Source of the DNA: a virus
DNA: 64,000 nucleotides
Virus record (IMG/VR): IMGVR_UViG_3300009605_000021
Span: 6,976 to 70,975 of that record
Reading direction: 5' to 3' (one strand)
Shown: piece after piece, positions 8,194 through 17,864 of the stretch
Layout: each line of letters begins with the position of its first letter
Position numbering within the stretch: the first letter of the stretch is position 1
Notes under the pieces: model-generated
Databases searched by the model: none
Told to the model about the DNA's origin: nothing
The model's input: only the letters and a program-made list of their open reading frames with translations
Made by a program: the position numbers and the translations under genes

Positions 8194-10180
8194 TATCTTT
8201 TAACTCCAATTCCGTAATCAAATTTTTGATATTATTATTAACTTCGAATATCTTTTTCTCTTCGCTTGAGTAATTAGTCTCTTTTTCTTCGTAAATTCCT
8301 TTACCTAAGCTTAATAAATCAGAAAGTCCTTTATGAGTATTTCTTCTTGTCCCTTTCCCCGACTCATAAGAATAGTGACCTCTGTAGCTTCGTCGTCGGG
8401 CGCCCATATCTCGCTTATCAGTTTTTACAGGTATGTACCACTTAGCTTTTGATTGCGAAGTAGTGGTTTCGGGGCGTCCCATTATGTCTTTTCTTTGAAG
8501 CTTATACCAGTCTTTATCGTCTCGTTTAGCGGGCGGTGCCAAAAGAGCAGTTTCTTCTTCTTCTTCTCCACCTTCTTCTCCTTCTGGCGGAGCTTCATCT
8601 TCCGGGGGTTCACCTTCTGGAGGAACTTCGCCTTCTCCTGCAGCGGCGGCCAAATCAGGAGGAAGGCCCGGTGGGAGACCAGCTGGTCCACCTCCCATTC
8701 CTACTTCTCCTTCTGTTCCTAGCCCTTCTAGTGCTGCAGCTGCTTCCATTGCGGCTTCGAATTTGCGATCATAAAACATTTCACGCTGAATTCTAACATA
8801 TTCATCATCTGGCAAGTTAAATATATTTCTCGCAACCCACGATCTACTAAAGAACCCTTCAGTTGCACTAGTCGCAATTTCAAATTTTATTCTCCAATTT
8901 TCAAGTTCTTGCATTTCTGCAATTTTTGACGGATTACTTAATGCTAACTTAAAAGACACCAAATCGTCATTTCTATATCCAAGAGTAAACAAGTGAATGA
9001 CGCCTATTTTTTCTAACTCAGACAACACCGATCTTTGAAGCCTTTGAATCGTTCTCGCAAAACGAATATCTTTTTGAGCAAGAGTTGTTTTATCTTCTTC
9101 AGCTCCCTCGCCTCTAAAAAGATATGATTGAGGAATCTTTAATGCAGCAAATAATTTGTCTTTGAGATATTTAACATCATCAATATCTCCGGTGTAAGCG
9201 CCACCAGGTAAACTTTCAACTTTTGTTGAACTTCCCCCACGAACAGGAATAAAATAATCCTCTTCAATACTCATAGGATTGTAACGCAAATCAACGCGGC
9301 CAGTATCGGAATCAATAACTTGATTTCGCTTCATTTGAGTCATTGCTTTCTGCATAAACTGTTCCACGTCTTCTGGTGGTATATTGCCAACGTCTATATA
9401 AAAAATTCTTCTTTCCGGAGAGCGAACAATGCGATAAGCCATCACTGCATCTTCTAAAAGATTAAGCTGTCTAAAAATTCGGCGAGCTGGTTCTAAAATA
9501 CTTGTTCCATACGGAACCCATTTGTCATTCCCAAGAATACGAAAATGTGCAATTTGCCAATTTTCAAAAGTTATTCCCCCTGAATTCCATTGATACTGAA
9601 CATAGTTTGGATTGCTTTCGTCTTCGCCCTCCAATCTCTCAACTTCACTAATCGGCAAACCAATTACATTTTTTACTCCTACTTCCTCATCGATATCCAA
9701 ATAAAGAAAATAGTCACCAAACTTGCACATAGAACGACACCACCCAAAAAGATTAAATTCAACATTTAAAATATTATTAAAGAGATTATCAAGAATTCCC
9801 TTAATCTCTTCATTCGGGCATCTTATATCTAATAAAGGTGTTAGTCCGGTTGAAGTTGTCATTTCATCTGCATAAATATCCATCGCAGAAGCAATAATTG
9901 GCTCGTACTCCATTTGATCAAAATCTGCATATCTTTCAATACGATTTTGATTAGCCATAATATTGGCTGTAAGATTTTCAAATGGGTCAAAAGAAGTTTT
10001 CTTAAACTGTTTACCAGCTGCAGAGGTAAATTTATATTTATCTAGATGTCGTCTTTTTTCTTTTCTAGGTGTTTGACTTCTGTAATTTATAATTGGGCCG
10101 GAAAAAAGCCTTGTTAATCGCTTGAATAAGCGCGATTGTGGATTTCTTGGGTTTTTATCGTTTTTGTTCCTGCCTGCCAT
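8165..10180 (-). CDS. Portal vertex protein, T4 gp20-like
   Basis: PYGTSILEPARR, LLEDAVMAYRIVRSPERRIFYIDVGN, EEDYFIPVRG...LPGG and DDVKYL motifs. Confidence 0.96.
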   Translation of the reverse strand: MAGRNKNDKNPRNPQSRLFKRLTRLFSGPIINYRSQTPRKEKRRHLDKYKFTSAAGKQFKKTSFDPFENLTANIMANQNRIERYADFDQMEYEPIIASAMDIYADEMTTSTGLTPLLDIRCPNEEIKGILDNLFNNILNVEFNLFGWCRSMCKFGDYFLYLDIDEEVGVKNVIGLPISEVERLEGEDESNPNYVQYQWNSGGITFENWQIAHFRILGNDKWVPYGTSILEPARRIFRQLNLLEDAVMAYRIVRSPERRIFYIDVGNIPPEDVEQFMQKAMTQMKRNQVIDSDTGRVDLRYNPMSIEEDYFIPVRGGSSTKVESLPGGAYTGDIDDVKYLKDKLFAALKIPQSYLFRGEGAEEDKTTLAQKDIRFARTIQRLQRSVLSELEKIGVIHLFTLGYRNDDLVSFKLALSNPSKIAEMQELENWRIKFEIATSATEGFFSRSWVARNIFNLPDDEYVRIQREMFYDRKFEAAMEAAAALEGLGTEGEVGMGGGPAGLPPGLPPDLAAAAGEGEVPPEGEPPEDEAPPEGEEGGEEEEETALLAPPAKRDDKDWYKLQRKDIMGRPETTTSQSKAKWYIPVKTDKRDMGARRRSYRGHYSYESGKGTRRNTHKGLSDLLSLGKGIYEEKETNYSSEEKKIFEVNNNIKNLITELELKDNEVKTQQET

Positions 10181-10185
10181 TTAGT

Positions 10186-11772
10186 TTATCCTTTAAGAAG
10201 CCAAACAAACTTCTTTTGTTCTTCTATACTTTTCTTCATTTGTTCGCTTTTTCTAATAGGCTTATAGCCTCGCATTCCTGGTATAGTCGTATTAATTATA
10301 TTATCAGATTTAAACATAGAACTTAAGCATGCTTTATGATGTTCGATTTTTCTTTTGTTTTCCACAAATACCGTATCTTTTATCCAACACCCAATTGCAA
10401 AAGACATAACTAAGTCATCATTTTCTGAACGCATTGCTTGTGCTTTCCCATTATTCCAAATAAAAGTTTTAAATTCATTATAAAGTCTAGACGAGTACGT
10501 TGTAATTAGCTTGTTCCTCACAAATTCTTCCATTTTCGCTACAATGATTGGTCTAGTTTTTAGACTAGTGGTAAAACCAGCTACTCCATTAGAAATATTT
10601 TCTGCAGTTAATTGATCAACATATTCATGAGTTGACTTAACGGAAAAATAAATATTTGGGTATTCCATTTCTTTTAATTTTTCTAGAACTGCGAACCCAA
10701 CTGAATTGTTTTCGACAACTAATAAGCAATTGCCATATTCCTTGCCGGCATCAGAAAGTATATTTGAAAAAATATCTGGCGTTACTTTTCCTTGGTATTC
10801 TGCAACTATCTCTGCTGTTTCTAGTTTGAAAACATGAAATACAGAATAATCTTGTCCATCACCTCTTGCAACATCTGCAGTCAGCATGTATGTGTACTCT
10901 GATTTATATTCTTCCCAGATCCACAAATTTCTATCGAACCCAGTTCTATACTTTGGCTCTTTGACACACTGTTCGATAAAGCTTATATCGTCAGGATGGA
11001 GAACGGTTTCACCAGAAGTATTAAAATTGCATTCCAACTCTTGAGCTACTTGCCTGATAGACATGTTCTTAGTTTCTTTCTCAAACCAAGTCTGATCACG
11101 ATCCGGATGCACATCCCATAATAATTTTACTGAGTGAAAATCATTTCTTCTCGATTCTGCATCAATATACGTTTTATAAAACCAACCACCAACACCATTT
11201 GGAGTGCTAAGTGCAATAACGCGACCACCAGTTGAAATTGTAGGATACAAACCCGTCCATAATTCATCAAGACCATCAACATGAGCTGCCTCGTCAATGA
11301 CCAACAGCGACAGAGCCTCTGAGCGGCCGGCATCAGAAGAGGTGGTAGATGCTTTAATCTGTGAACCATTATCTAGTTCAAAACTAGTTCTGTTGTCGAC
11401 TATAACTTTAGAAATTTGCATCCATTCCGGAAGACGTTTGATAATAGATTTAACCTTTTTAACAAGATTACCAGCTGTACTAAACTTTGTTGCCATAACA
11501 AGAACATTTTTATCTCGATGGAACAACATTAACCAAACAATATAGGCTGCTGTAATTGTTGAAATACCAAGCTGTCTTGCTTTTAAAATGATGTTAAAAC
11601 GATAATCATTGAAATCGTTAATGAGATCTCCCTGATAATCATAAAGCTTAAAAGGAATCAAACCCCTCATTGGATGGGAGATTTTGCAGTAGTTGTTTAT
11701 AAAATAAACAGGATCCTTCCCGCCTCTAAGGATCTCTTTTGTGACTTCTTTCTTTGTTAATTGATAAGACAT
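10186..11772 (-). CDS. Terminase large subunit, T4 gp17-like
   Basis: LKARQLGIST (Walker A), LLVIDEAAH (Walker B), LSTPNG; nuclease motifs ADVARGDGQDYS and NDDLVMS. Confidence 0.96.
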   Translation of the reverse strand: MSYQLTKKEVTKEILRGGKDPVYFINNYCKISHPMRGLIPFKLYDYQGDLINDFNDYRFNIILKARQLGISTITAAYIVWLMLFHRDKNVLVMATKFSTAGNLVKKVKSIIKRLPEWMQISKVIVDNRTSFELDNGSQIKASTTSSDAGRSEALSLLVIDEAAHVDGLDELWTGLYPTISTGGRVIALSTPNGVGGWFYKTYIDAESRRNDFHSVKLLWDVHPDRDQTWFEKETKNMSIRQVAQELECNFNTSGETVLHPDDISFIEQCVKEPKYRTGFDRNLWIWEEYKSEYTYMLTADVARGDGQDYSVFHVFKLETAEIVAEYQGKVTPDIFSNILSDAGKEYGNCLLVVENNSVGFAVLEKLKEMEYPNIYFSVKSTHEYVDQLTAENISNGVAGFTTSLKTRPIIVAKMEEFVRNKLITTYSSRLYNEFKTFIWNNGKAQAMRSENDDLVMSFAIGCWIKDTVFVENKRKIEHHKACLSSMFKSDNIINTTIPGMRGYKPIRKSEQMKKSIEEQKKFVWLLKG

Positions 11773-11782
11773 TCATCACTTA

Positions 11783-12343
11783 TCACTGTTCTTTTTTTCT
11801 GGTTACATTTCGAGGCTTCGAAGTTTTTCCCTTGTTGAAAGCCAGCCAATCTTTAGTAATTTTATCCAATCTTTCCTTCCCGGAAGAACCTTCTTCGACT
11901 GAAACAACTCCATCAAGACCACCAATCTTATATACACAATTAGCTTGACAAGAACTACGAACGTTGCTGATATGTTGAACATTAATGTCTACATCACCTT
12001 CCTTTGTTAATGTCAAGGTATTACCAGTAACTTTCTTATATTCTCGTTTCAAATAATTTGCAACATCATTGACAGTTGCTGAAATGTTGTTCTCAAAATT
12101 ACTTTTATCGTGAGTTTCTTTTAATTTCATTTCAGTGTGATATAGAACTCTCAATTTGTCTCCTTCAAAACGAATTTTGAAGCCATCAATTTCACGAGAA
12201 TCCAATACGGGATCTCCCTCTTCTCTACGGAGTCCTATTGCTCTTTTTTCGCCGTCGGCATTATAGCGTTCATCATGCGAACCATCATAAGCATTTGCTG
12301 CAGCTTGTGAAATTCCTGTAATAATGTCTAATACTGTTGCCAT
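11783..12343 (-). CDS. Hypothetical protein upstream of terminase
   Basis: ATG at 12343 with AGGAG SD and upstream ACTACTTAT (12372-12380). Confidence 0.7.
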   Translation of the reverse strand: MATVLDIITGISQAAANAYDGSHDERYNADGEKRAIGLRREEGDPVLDSREIDGFKIRFEGDKLRVLYHTEMKLKETHDKSNFENNISATVNDVANYLKREYKKVTGNTLTLTKEGDVDINVQHISNVRSSCQANCVYKIGGLDGVVSVEEGSSGKERLDKITKDWLAFNKGKTSKPRNVTRKKEQ

Positions 12344-12383
12344 CAATCTTCTCCTGATAAATTAATCTAATATAAGTAGTTCT

Positions 12384-14270
12384 TTATTTTCTTAACACCT
12401 TCGATAAATTTTTCAAAACAACTTCAAGTTCTTCTTTTTGAACAGCAACTTGATTAAATATATTTTCCAGTGTCTCCGGAGAAGGATACCAGTAGAGATC
12501 GACACCGGTTTTATCTTCTATTCGCTTCTTCTTTTCTGCATACTCCGGGGCCGCAATTGCGCGACGATGTGGATCCAGTGTTAAGAAGAATTCAATATCT
12601 GATGGATTAATTTTGCTAACTGCGCCAAAGAGTACATTGTATCTATCACTGTCATTCTTCACAGGAATTCCTGACAAATCTGAATTCAACTCAATAAGAT
12701 CATTATACATTGCTCGTTGAAGTACAATCTCCGGAGCTGCATCGTCATGGTGTGCGAAGAGGTCTAGCTTGTTCTGAACGTCTTCTTCATTTTTGTAATC
12801 GTTTGGCAGCTTATAAGACCTTGACACACCCCTAACACCTGTTGCTTGTTCAAACGTTTCAGCCGGCGCATTATACGGTCCTTTACCAAGCATGTTGTCA
12901 TCGCCAAGCAATGTCCCTAGGGCACGTCCAACCGTATTTAAGAGATTTTCAAAGAATCCTTCTTTCATAAGCGACGCATTCGATATCATCTGTTGAGGTA
13001 TTTCAGCTTTAATTTTTGGCAAACTTGCTTCCTTCAAAACAACTTCAAGTTCTTCTTTGACAATTTGTTTGAGCTGCGATTTTGTGAATTTGATTTTTTG
13101 TTGTTCGGTCATTGCTCGTCTTTGCTGCATATCAACTTGCACAAGAGAATTCATTTTATCTTTCATAACCTCGGGATCTTCTGAACAATCAAGAACAGTA
13201 TCGAGATATGTATCTGCACCAAGTTTGCCCTTACATATATCAATTACATCGTTGGATGTAAATCCTCCACTTCCTACTCTTCTTCTAAGATCTAAGACTC
13301 TAGAACGAATTTCTGTAGGCTCTAACATGTAAGGGCGTTGATGTATCCTGAAACTACCTTCCTCCTCGCGAGGAGTAAAGGCATTCTGTGCCCATTTGTT
13401 CAGTGCAGGACCGACCATGGAATCAATTAAATCGTTTTGCCAATATGATAATTCTCCTCCTCCTGTAATATCAGGAGCATCCGGATCACGAAAAGAAAAA
13501 TCTGTGACGTGTTCGCGTTCGTGCGTGCGCACGTGTTTTTCTTGTGGTGGGTGCAGCACATCCCCTAAAGGAAGAAGATTTAAATCTATATCTTGCCTGA
13601 GTTTGCCTGCAGTTCTTCCAGGAATCATCGTCCCGCTCTCCGGATCAAATCTTGGTTCAACACCCGGCAAGTGCGTCATGGTGGCACGGCCGGCGAGGCG
13701 ATCATGCATCTTTTTATATTCAACCGGCGTTTCATATGTCACTTTTTCTATCCATGGCAATATTTCATTTTCATATTTTTCTTTTCCAACTTTCTTTTCC
13801 CATGCTAGTCTATCAACACCTTTTGGGTCTTTGTAAGTTTTAAGATAGGCTTCTCGATGCTCATCGGAAGAAGCTTCAGGCCACTTCAGAGTGGGAAGCG
13901 GTTTGGGGGCGTTTTCCCGCTCAAACTCGGTGCGAGGAGGTTTAGGCGGCGTAGTGTGGCGTTTAGTGAACTCTGTGAAATCGCGCATCCATGGAGTTTT
14001 TATACCGACTCTTTCGCGGGGGCTAAACTCTTTTTCTAATACATCTTGTGGTAGTGAGCGAATAGCAGCGTCGAATTCTTCGTCAGAGAGCGCTCCTGAA
14101 TCTTTTTTTTTTGACGGAGATGGTGATTTGATCTTTATCCACTCAGGTTTCTCAGGATCATGTTTAGGAAAACGACCGGCATGAGCCCCGGGGCCGGGCA
14201 TTTGTTCCTTCAAAACAACTTCAAGTTCTTCTTTGACAATTTGTTTTAATTGAGACTTTGTGAGTTTCAC
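12384..14270 (-). CDS. Tagged multi-module protein with an HExxH zincin-like module
   Basis: Likely start is the GTG at 14270 (GTGA overlap with the upstream stop), not the track's 14333. Three tag copies; THEREH...YMLEPTEIRSR in module 1. Confidence 0.75.
   Translation of the reverse strand: MKLTKSQLKQIVKEELEVVLKEQMPGPGAHAGRFPKHDPEKPEWIKIKSPSPSKKKDSGALSDEEFDAAIRSLPQDVLEKEFSPRERVGIKTPWMRDFTEFTKRHTTPPKPPRTEFERENAPKPLPTLKWPEASSDEHREAYLKTYKDPKGVDRLAWEKKVGKEKYENEILPWIEKVTYETPVEYKKMHDRLAGRATMTHLPGVEPRFDPESGTMIPGRTAGKLRQDIDLNLLPLGDVLHPPQEKHVRTHEREHVTDFSFRDPDAPDITGGGELSYWQNDLIDSMVGPALNKWAQNAFTPREEEGSFRIHQRPYMLEPTEIRSRVLDLRRRVGSGGFTSNDVIDICKGKLGADTYLDTVLDCSEDPEVMKDKMNSLVQVDMQQRRAMTEQQKIKFTKSQLKQIVKEELEVVLKEASLPKIKAEIPQQMISNASLMKEGFFENLLNTVGRALGTLLGDDNMLGKGPYNAPAETFEQATGVRGVSRSYKLPNDYKNEEDVQNKLDLFAHHDDAAPEIVLQRAMYNDLIELNSDLSGIPVKNDSDRYNVLFGAVSKINPSDIEFFLTLDPHRRAIAAPEYAEKKKRIEDKTGVDLYWYPSPETLENIFNQVAVQKEELEVVLKNLSKVLRK
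12412..14246. repeat. Perfect direct repeats bounding modules: 42 bp (13029-13070 = 14205-14246) plus a 26-bp third copy (12412-12437)
   Basis: ttccttcaaaacaacttcaagttcttctttgacaatttgttt read at both long positions. Confidence 0.95.
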
Positions 14271-14650
14271 TTGTTGGGTCTCCAGCCTGAAGTCCATCGT
14301 TCTTCTCGATCTTCCACATGCTGGATATAACACTTATAACAACAACTAAACTTGCTCATGTAAACGTCGTCCTTAAGATCGAAAGAATAAATATCGCACG
14401 CTTCGCAAATCCTATTACTTTCTTTATTAAGTAGTTTTTTACTAATTAAAAACCCGTCTTTTTCGATCTTCTCGACCTTCTCTTTTTTTCTGTTTTGTTT
14501 CTCTGTAAACTCTTTGAGTTGAGAAAGATATTCTTTCTCTTTGGTTTCGTCCCAATTGGTTTTTGGATGCTGAACTGCTTCTTTGCCATATTTCTTTTCT
14601 ATGGCTTGTTCAATCTTTGCAACGAAATTTGGATCTTTGTTTTTCTTCAC
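14267..14650 (-). CDS. Hypothetical protein with a putative Zn-binding C-terminus
   Basis: CEAC...CCYKCY...WTSGWRP. Confidence 0.7.
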   Translation of the reverse strand: MKKNKDPNFVAKIEQAIEKKYGKEAVQHPKTNWDETKEKEYLSQLKEFTEKQNRKKEKVEKIEKDGFLISKKLLNKESNRICEACDIYSFDLKDDVYMSKFSCCYKCYIQHVEDREERWTSGWRPNK

Positions 14651-14659
14651 CTTAGCTCA

Positions 14660-16438
14660 CTATTTGTATCCGTAATACTCAATTATAACAGTTAAGGTGC
14701 CGGCTGTTGAATCTGTTGTGCCGTTTCCCCCTTCAGCATTACAAATATACACATATTGATCTGCCGACGGGGGGTTGATTACAGTGTCTCTGCATACCCA
14801 GACTTCATGTTCATCGGCCGAAGCCAAATTAATATCTTCAGCACTAGTGCTATCTGTGCTGTCGGTGTTGGCTACTCCAGCGCCCAACAATTCAGTTCCG
14901 GAAGCTATAGCAGAATCAGCACCAGTCCCAGAAGTTGCAGACATTTGAATATTCACTAGATGGGTTCCAAGGTTACTTGCAGTTCTTACTACAGCAGCAA
15001 CACTTGTTATAATAGCGGCCCGTGGAATTACAACTCCTGGTAATTCAACAATAACTGTGTTATCAACATTGTGAGCATATCTGATATCCTGGTCAATAGC
15101 AATAATATGTTTTCCAGAACCAATACTAATCTGACCTCCCAAAAGTGTAAGATCGTCATTATCGACACCGGTGTTCTTTACCGTGAATTTCATTGCTCCA
15201 CTTTCTGCGTCGTCAGTAACATCTACTGTAGAAGCATTAATCTCCGCGTAAGGTGTATAATCGGAAACTCCTTCCATGAATGCAATACCACCAAGAGTAT
15301 CATTGGCTATGGGCGCACGATTTGCCGACCCGCCCCAGCCACGATGTTTCGTGAAACTTAAAAAGCCGCCGCCATGGCCATTAGTACTATTAGTAATTAC
15401 TAGTTCAGGCTTATTGGCGGTACCAGTAGAAGATATAATAGTAAAGCTAGTAGATTTTGCGTCGAGTACCGGGGCCGAATAGTCCGAAGAATAACCCAAC
15501 GTTGCATTGCTTGTAGTTAAACTGTCAATCCCCCAGGCAGCTTGAGTATCGCCAAACTGTATATGTTTTCCCGAGCCTAGGTATACATTTCCTAACTCAT
15601 TTGTTGCCGAGCCTAAATCTAGACCCTTTGCAGTGGCTGGATATAATGCTGTTGCGCTTAATGATAATTCATCAGATCCGGCTACTTCGAACGTAATCAC
15701 GTCGTCTGCAGAAGCTCTAATTGAAGTGTCATTATCTTCATCAAGATCAATTCTTCCGGCGACAGCTAAATCATCAGCAATAGTAACGTTTCCGTCGGCA
15801 ATGTCCAACGCTGTTTGACTATTTGTACCAGTAATTGTCAACTTCTCTTCAGAAGAATCCCACACAAAATGATCACCAGCTGTTCCACTATAAAAAGTAA
15901 CATCTTGACCTGTGCCGTCGCCACCAACCACAATTGGCTTATCAATTTGAACCTTTTCGCCTGAATTTGTAGTAACAAATGTCATATAAGCATTGCTGCC
16001 CTCTTTAATTTCAAGCGCTGCCGCATTATTATCAGTAAGTGTTATATCAATTTGTGTGCCATCGGCAGAAATACTATCTAGAGCCACATCTCCAACATTT
16101 GTAATGCTAATGTCACTGAAACTGGTTGTTCCCGCTACAGTAAGATCGCCTGTCACAGCAAGATTGTCATTAACTGTTGTTACGGAAGTAGTATGGCCAA
16201 TAGAAATAGGTATACCAGAAGTTGCAGTACCAATTGTGATCCCATTTGAAGTGTTGGAGCAATCAATATTAAGCGTGCTTGTGGAATCTAGTGAAATATT
16301 ACTTCCATCGGAAACAAGAGCCCCGGAAACTGTCAAATCAGAACCTAAAGAAAAGTCTAATTCACCAACTTCTGCATGTTTCTCTGTTGCTTTGACCGCA
16401 TGTCCAGAAGTTTTTTGTCGTCTGATTTGTCGACCCAT
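14660..16438 (-). CDS. Tail fibre-like structural protein
   Basis: Thr/Ser/Gly/Asp-rich, repeated (D)L(T/A)V(T/S/A)G strands, and an LYPATAKGLDLGSATN fibre-type motif. Confidence 0.6.
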   Translation of the reverse strand: MGRQIRRQKTSGHAVKATEKHAEVGELDFSLGSDLTVSGALVSDGSNISLDSTSTLNIDCSNTSNGITIGTATSGIPISIGHTTSVTTVNDNLAVTGDLTVAGTTSFSDISITNVGDVALDSISADGTQIDITLTDNNAAALEIKEGSNAYMTFVTTNSGEKVQIDKPIVVGGDGTGQDVTFYSGTAGDHFVWDSSEEKLTITGTNSQTALDIADGNVTIADDLAVAGRIDLDEDNDTSIRASADDVITFEVAGSDELSLSATALYPATAKGLDLGSATNELGNVYLGSGKHIQFGDTQAAWGIDSLTTSNATLGYSSDYSAPVLDAKSTSFTIISSTGTANKPELVITNSTNGHGGGFLSFTKHRGWGGSANRAPIANDTLGGIAFMEGVSDYTPYAEINASTVDVTDDAESGAMKFTVKNTGVDNDDLTLLGGQISIGSGKHIIAIDQDIRYAHNVDNTVIVELPGVVIPRAAIITSVAAVVRTASNLGTHLVNIQMSATSGTGADSAIASGTELLGAGVANTDSTDSTSAEDINLASADEHEVWVCRDTVINPPSADQYVYICNAEGGNGTTDSTAGTLTVIIEYYGYK

Positions 16439-16600
16439 TTATTTTTCTTCCTTATCTCTCAATCTCTCTTCTGTCCAAAGTTTATCTATAACTTCCCACG
16501 CGTGTTCATCTCCAATGGTTTCATACATTTCATGAAGATTCTTCCAAGCTTCATTCAAGGTTAATTTATTTTTGTTATATTCAACACAAATCAAACACAC
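16439..16600 (-). CDS. Small 53-aa protein MCLICVEYNKNKLTLNEAWKNLHEM...
   Basis: Translated by hand; GTG start, GGGAG upstream; exactly fills the gap between neighbours; N-terminal CxxC. Confidence 0.65.
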   Translation of the reverse strand: MCLICVEYNKNKLTLNEAWKNLHEMYETIGDEHAWEVIDKLWTEERLRDKEEK

Positions 16601-16601
16601 T

Positions 16602-17063
16602 TTAATTGTTCTCCCTTATCTCTACTGCTGCATAAAAAATAGCAATTGATGTAACAATGCCTGCTACGACTCCTCCAGCGAACCACCAATGAGAGTTTTT
16701 GTTTGGCCTGTCTAGAGCAATTTCTTGGAGCCTGTTAACTTCGTCGTCTTTAATCTTCAGAATTGAATCATATCTCTTTTGCAAAAAGTCAACTTCAATC
16801 TTTACCGTAGAAACTAAAAGATCGCATCTTATTTTTTCTTTTTCTTCTATATGTCCAATTCTTAATCTGCATTGTTCAAAATTATATTCTTTTTCTGCAA
16901 TCGATTGAGCAATTGCAGATGAATTAAAAAGGACTCCTGGAAAAGGAGCTAGTTCACCTTGATTCATTGGTTTAATTTTTGGTGCTTCCTGTGCAAACGC
17001 CAACATTGGAAAAGTCACAAGCAACAATATTGCTATTATTTTATTCAGAAATATCAAAACCAA
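16602..17063 (-). CDS. Exported coiled-coil protein with a C-terminal TM segment (spanin-like)
   Basis: Signal peptide (AFA|QE), helical middle, C-terminal WWFAGGVVAGIVTSIAIFY; within the lysis cluster. Confidence 0.5.
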   Translation of the reverse strand: MVLIFLNKIIAILLLVTFPMLAFAQEAPKIKPMNQGELAPFPGVLFNSSAIAQSIAEKEYNFEQCRLRIGHIEEKEKIRCDLLVSTVKIEVDFLQKRYDSILKIKDDEVNRLQEIALDRPNKNSHWWFAGGVVAGIVTSIAIFYAAVEIRENN

Positions 17064-17445
17064 AGGCTCCTTTAACTAATTCTGCTAATGCTTTCGGATC
17101 ATCTGCATGATTTTCAACAATTTCTTTAACTCTCTTTTTTTTATTTCTATCGAGAGTTTCATTGTTCTTTTTTAGTTCTGTCTCAACTTTTTCAATTGTT
17201 TCGTTAAAAGCCTTATTTAGCTCTTCTTTCTTCTTGGTCTCGGCCTCATGAGTTTTGTTAATAACATCAATTTGTTTTTTGTAGCTGTCATTTCTTACTT
17301 CTAAGACCCCAATAGCAGCTGCAGAGTCTCTTTTAAAGAAGACCCAAAGTACAATTGTATATAACAAAGCTATTGGGAAATACCAGTAAGTTTTTAACCA
17401 AAGCCAAGTTTTTTTGATAAGAAGTTTAAAAGCAATCCAATTCAC
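17041..17445 (-). CDS. Inner-membrane-anchored coiled-coil protein (i-spanin-like)
   Basis: N-terminal TM followed by a charged coiled coil; immediately follows the endolysin. Confidence 0.5.
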   Translation of the reverse strand: MNWIAFKLLIKKTWLWLKTYWYFPIALLYTIVLWVFFKRDSAAAIGVLEVRNDSYKKQIDVINKTHEAETKKKEELNKAFNETIEKVETELKKNNETLDRNKKKRVKEIVENHADDPKALAELVKGAFGFDISE

Positions 17446-17864
17446 TTATAAAATCTCCCCTCTCGATCATCCTTTACACCCTTCCCAAGCCAACGAGCTT
17501 TTCTTCCCCTGACGTCATAATGAAGGAATGTCTTGTACAAACCGACTCCGCCTTGCTTCATGAGTCCTTTTTTGATAAGTTCTTCGACAATCTTTTTAAT
17601 TTCTTGCGGTTCCATCCCTTTTATTTTTATATCAGCCGCAGAGGCGGTCATATGCTGGCTTCGACGGGCGCCCTTAATCTTACGATTATATTTTGGGCTC
17701 CTGTACCCACTGATCACTTTAATCGGTTTGTCAATATGTTCTCTAAGCACTTGAAGATTTTCAGCCAACTCTTTTACATTATCCATGTGTTCATCTGGGA
17801 CGTTGCTTCCATCTTTACATCGAAATTCTCCCAACGAAAAATTATTTGTAAGTTTATTGCTCAT
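17442..17864 (-). CDS. Peptidase M15-family Zn endolysin
   Basis: SGYRS, SQH..A.AADI and GGVGLY..FLHYDVRG; probable start MSNKLTNNF at 17864. Confidence 0.88.
   Translation of the reverse strand: MSNKLTNNFSLGEFRCKDGSNVPDEHMDNVKELAENLQVLREHIDKPIKVISGYRSPKYNRKIKGARRSQHMTASAADIKIKGMEPQEIKKIVEELIKKGLMKQGGVGLYKTFLHYDVRGRKARWLGKGVKDDREGRFYK

Noticed and set aside
14103-14112. A10 homopolymer (coding strand) as a phase-variation switch
   Set aside because: Encodes SKKK in frame and is plausible by chance in an AT-rich genome; no evidence of slippage.
12412-14246. Direct repeats as a CRISPR array, DGR TR/VR pair or IS ends
   Set aside because: Spacing is 0.6-1.2 kb and in-frame coding; no adenine-specific mismatches; no cas, reverse transcriptase or transposase gene in the window.
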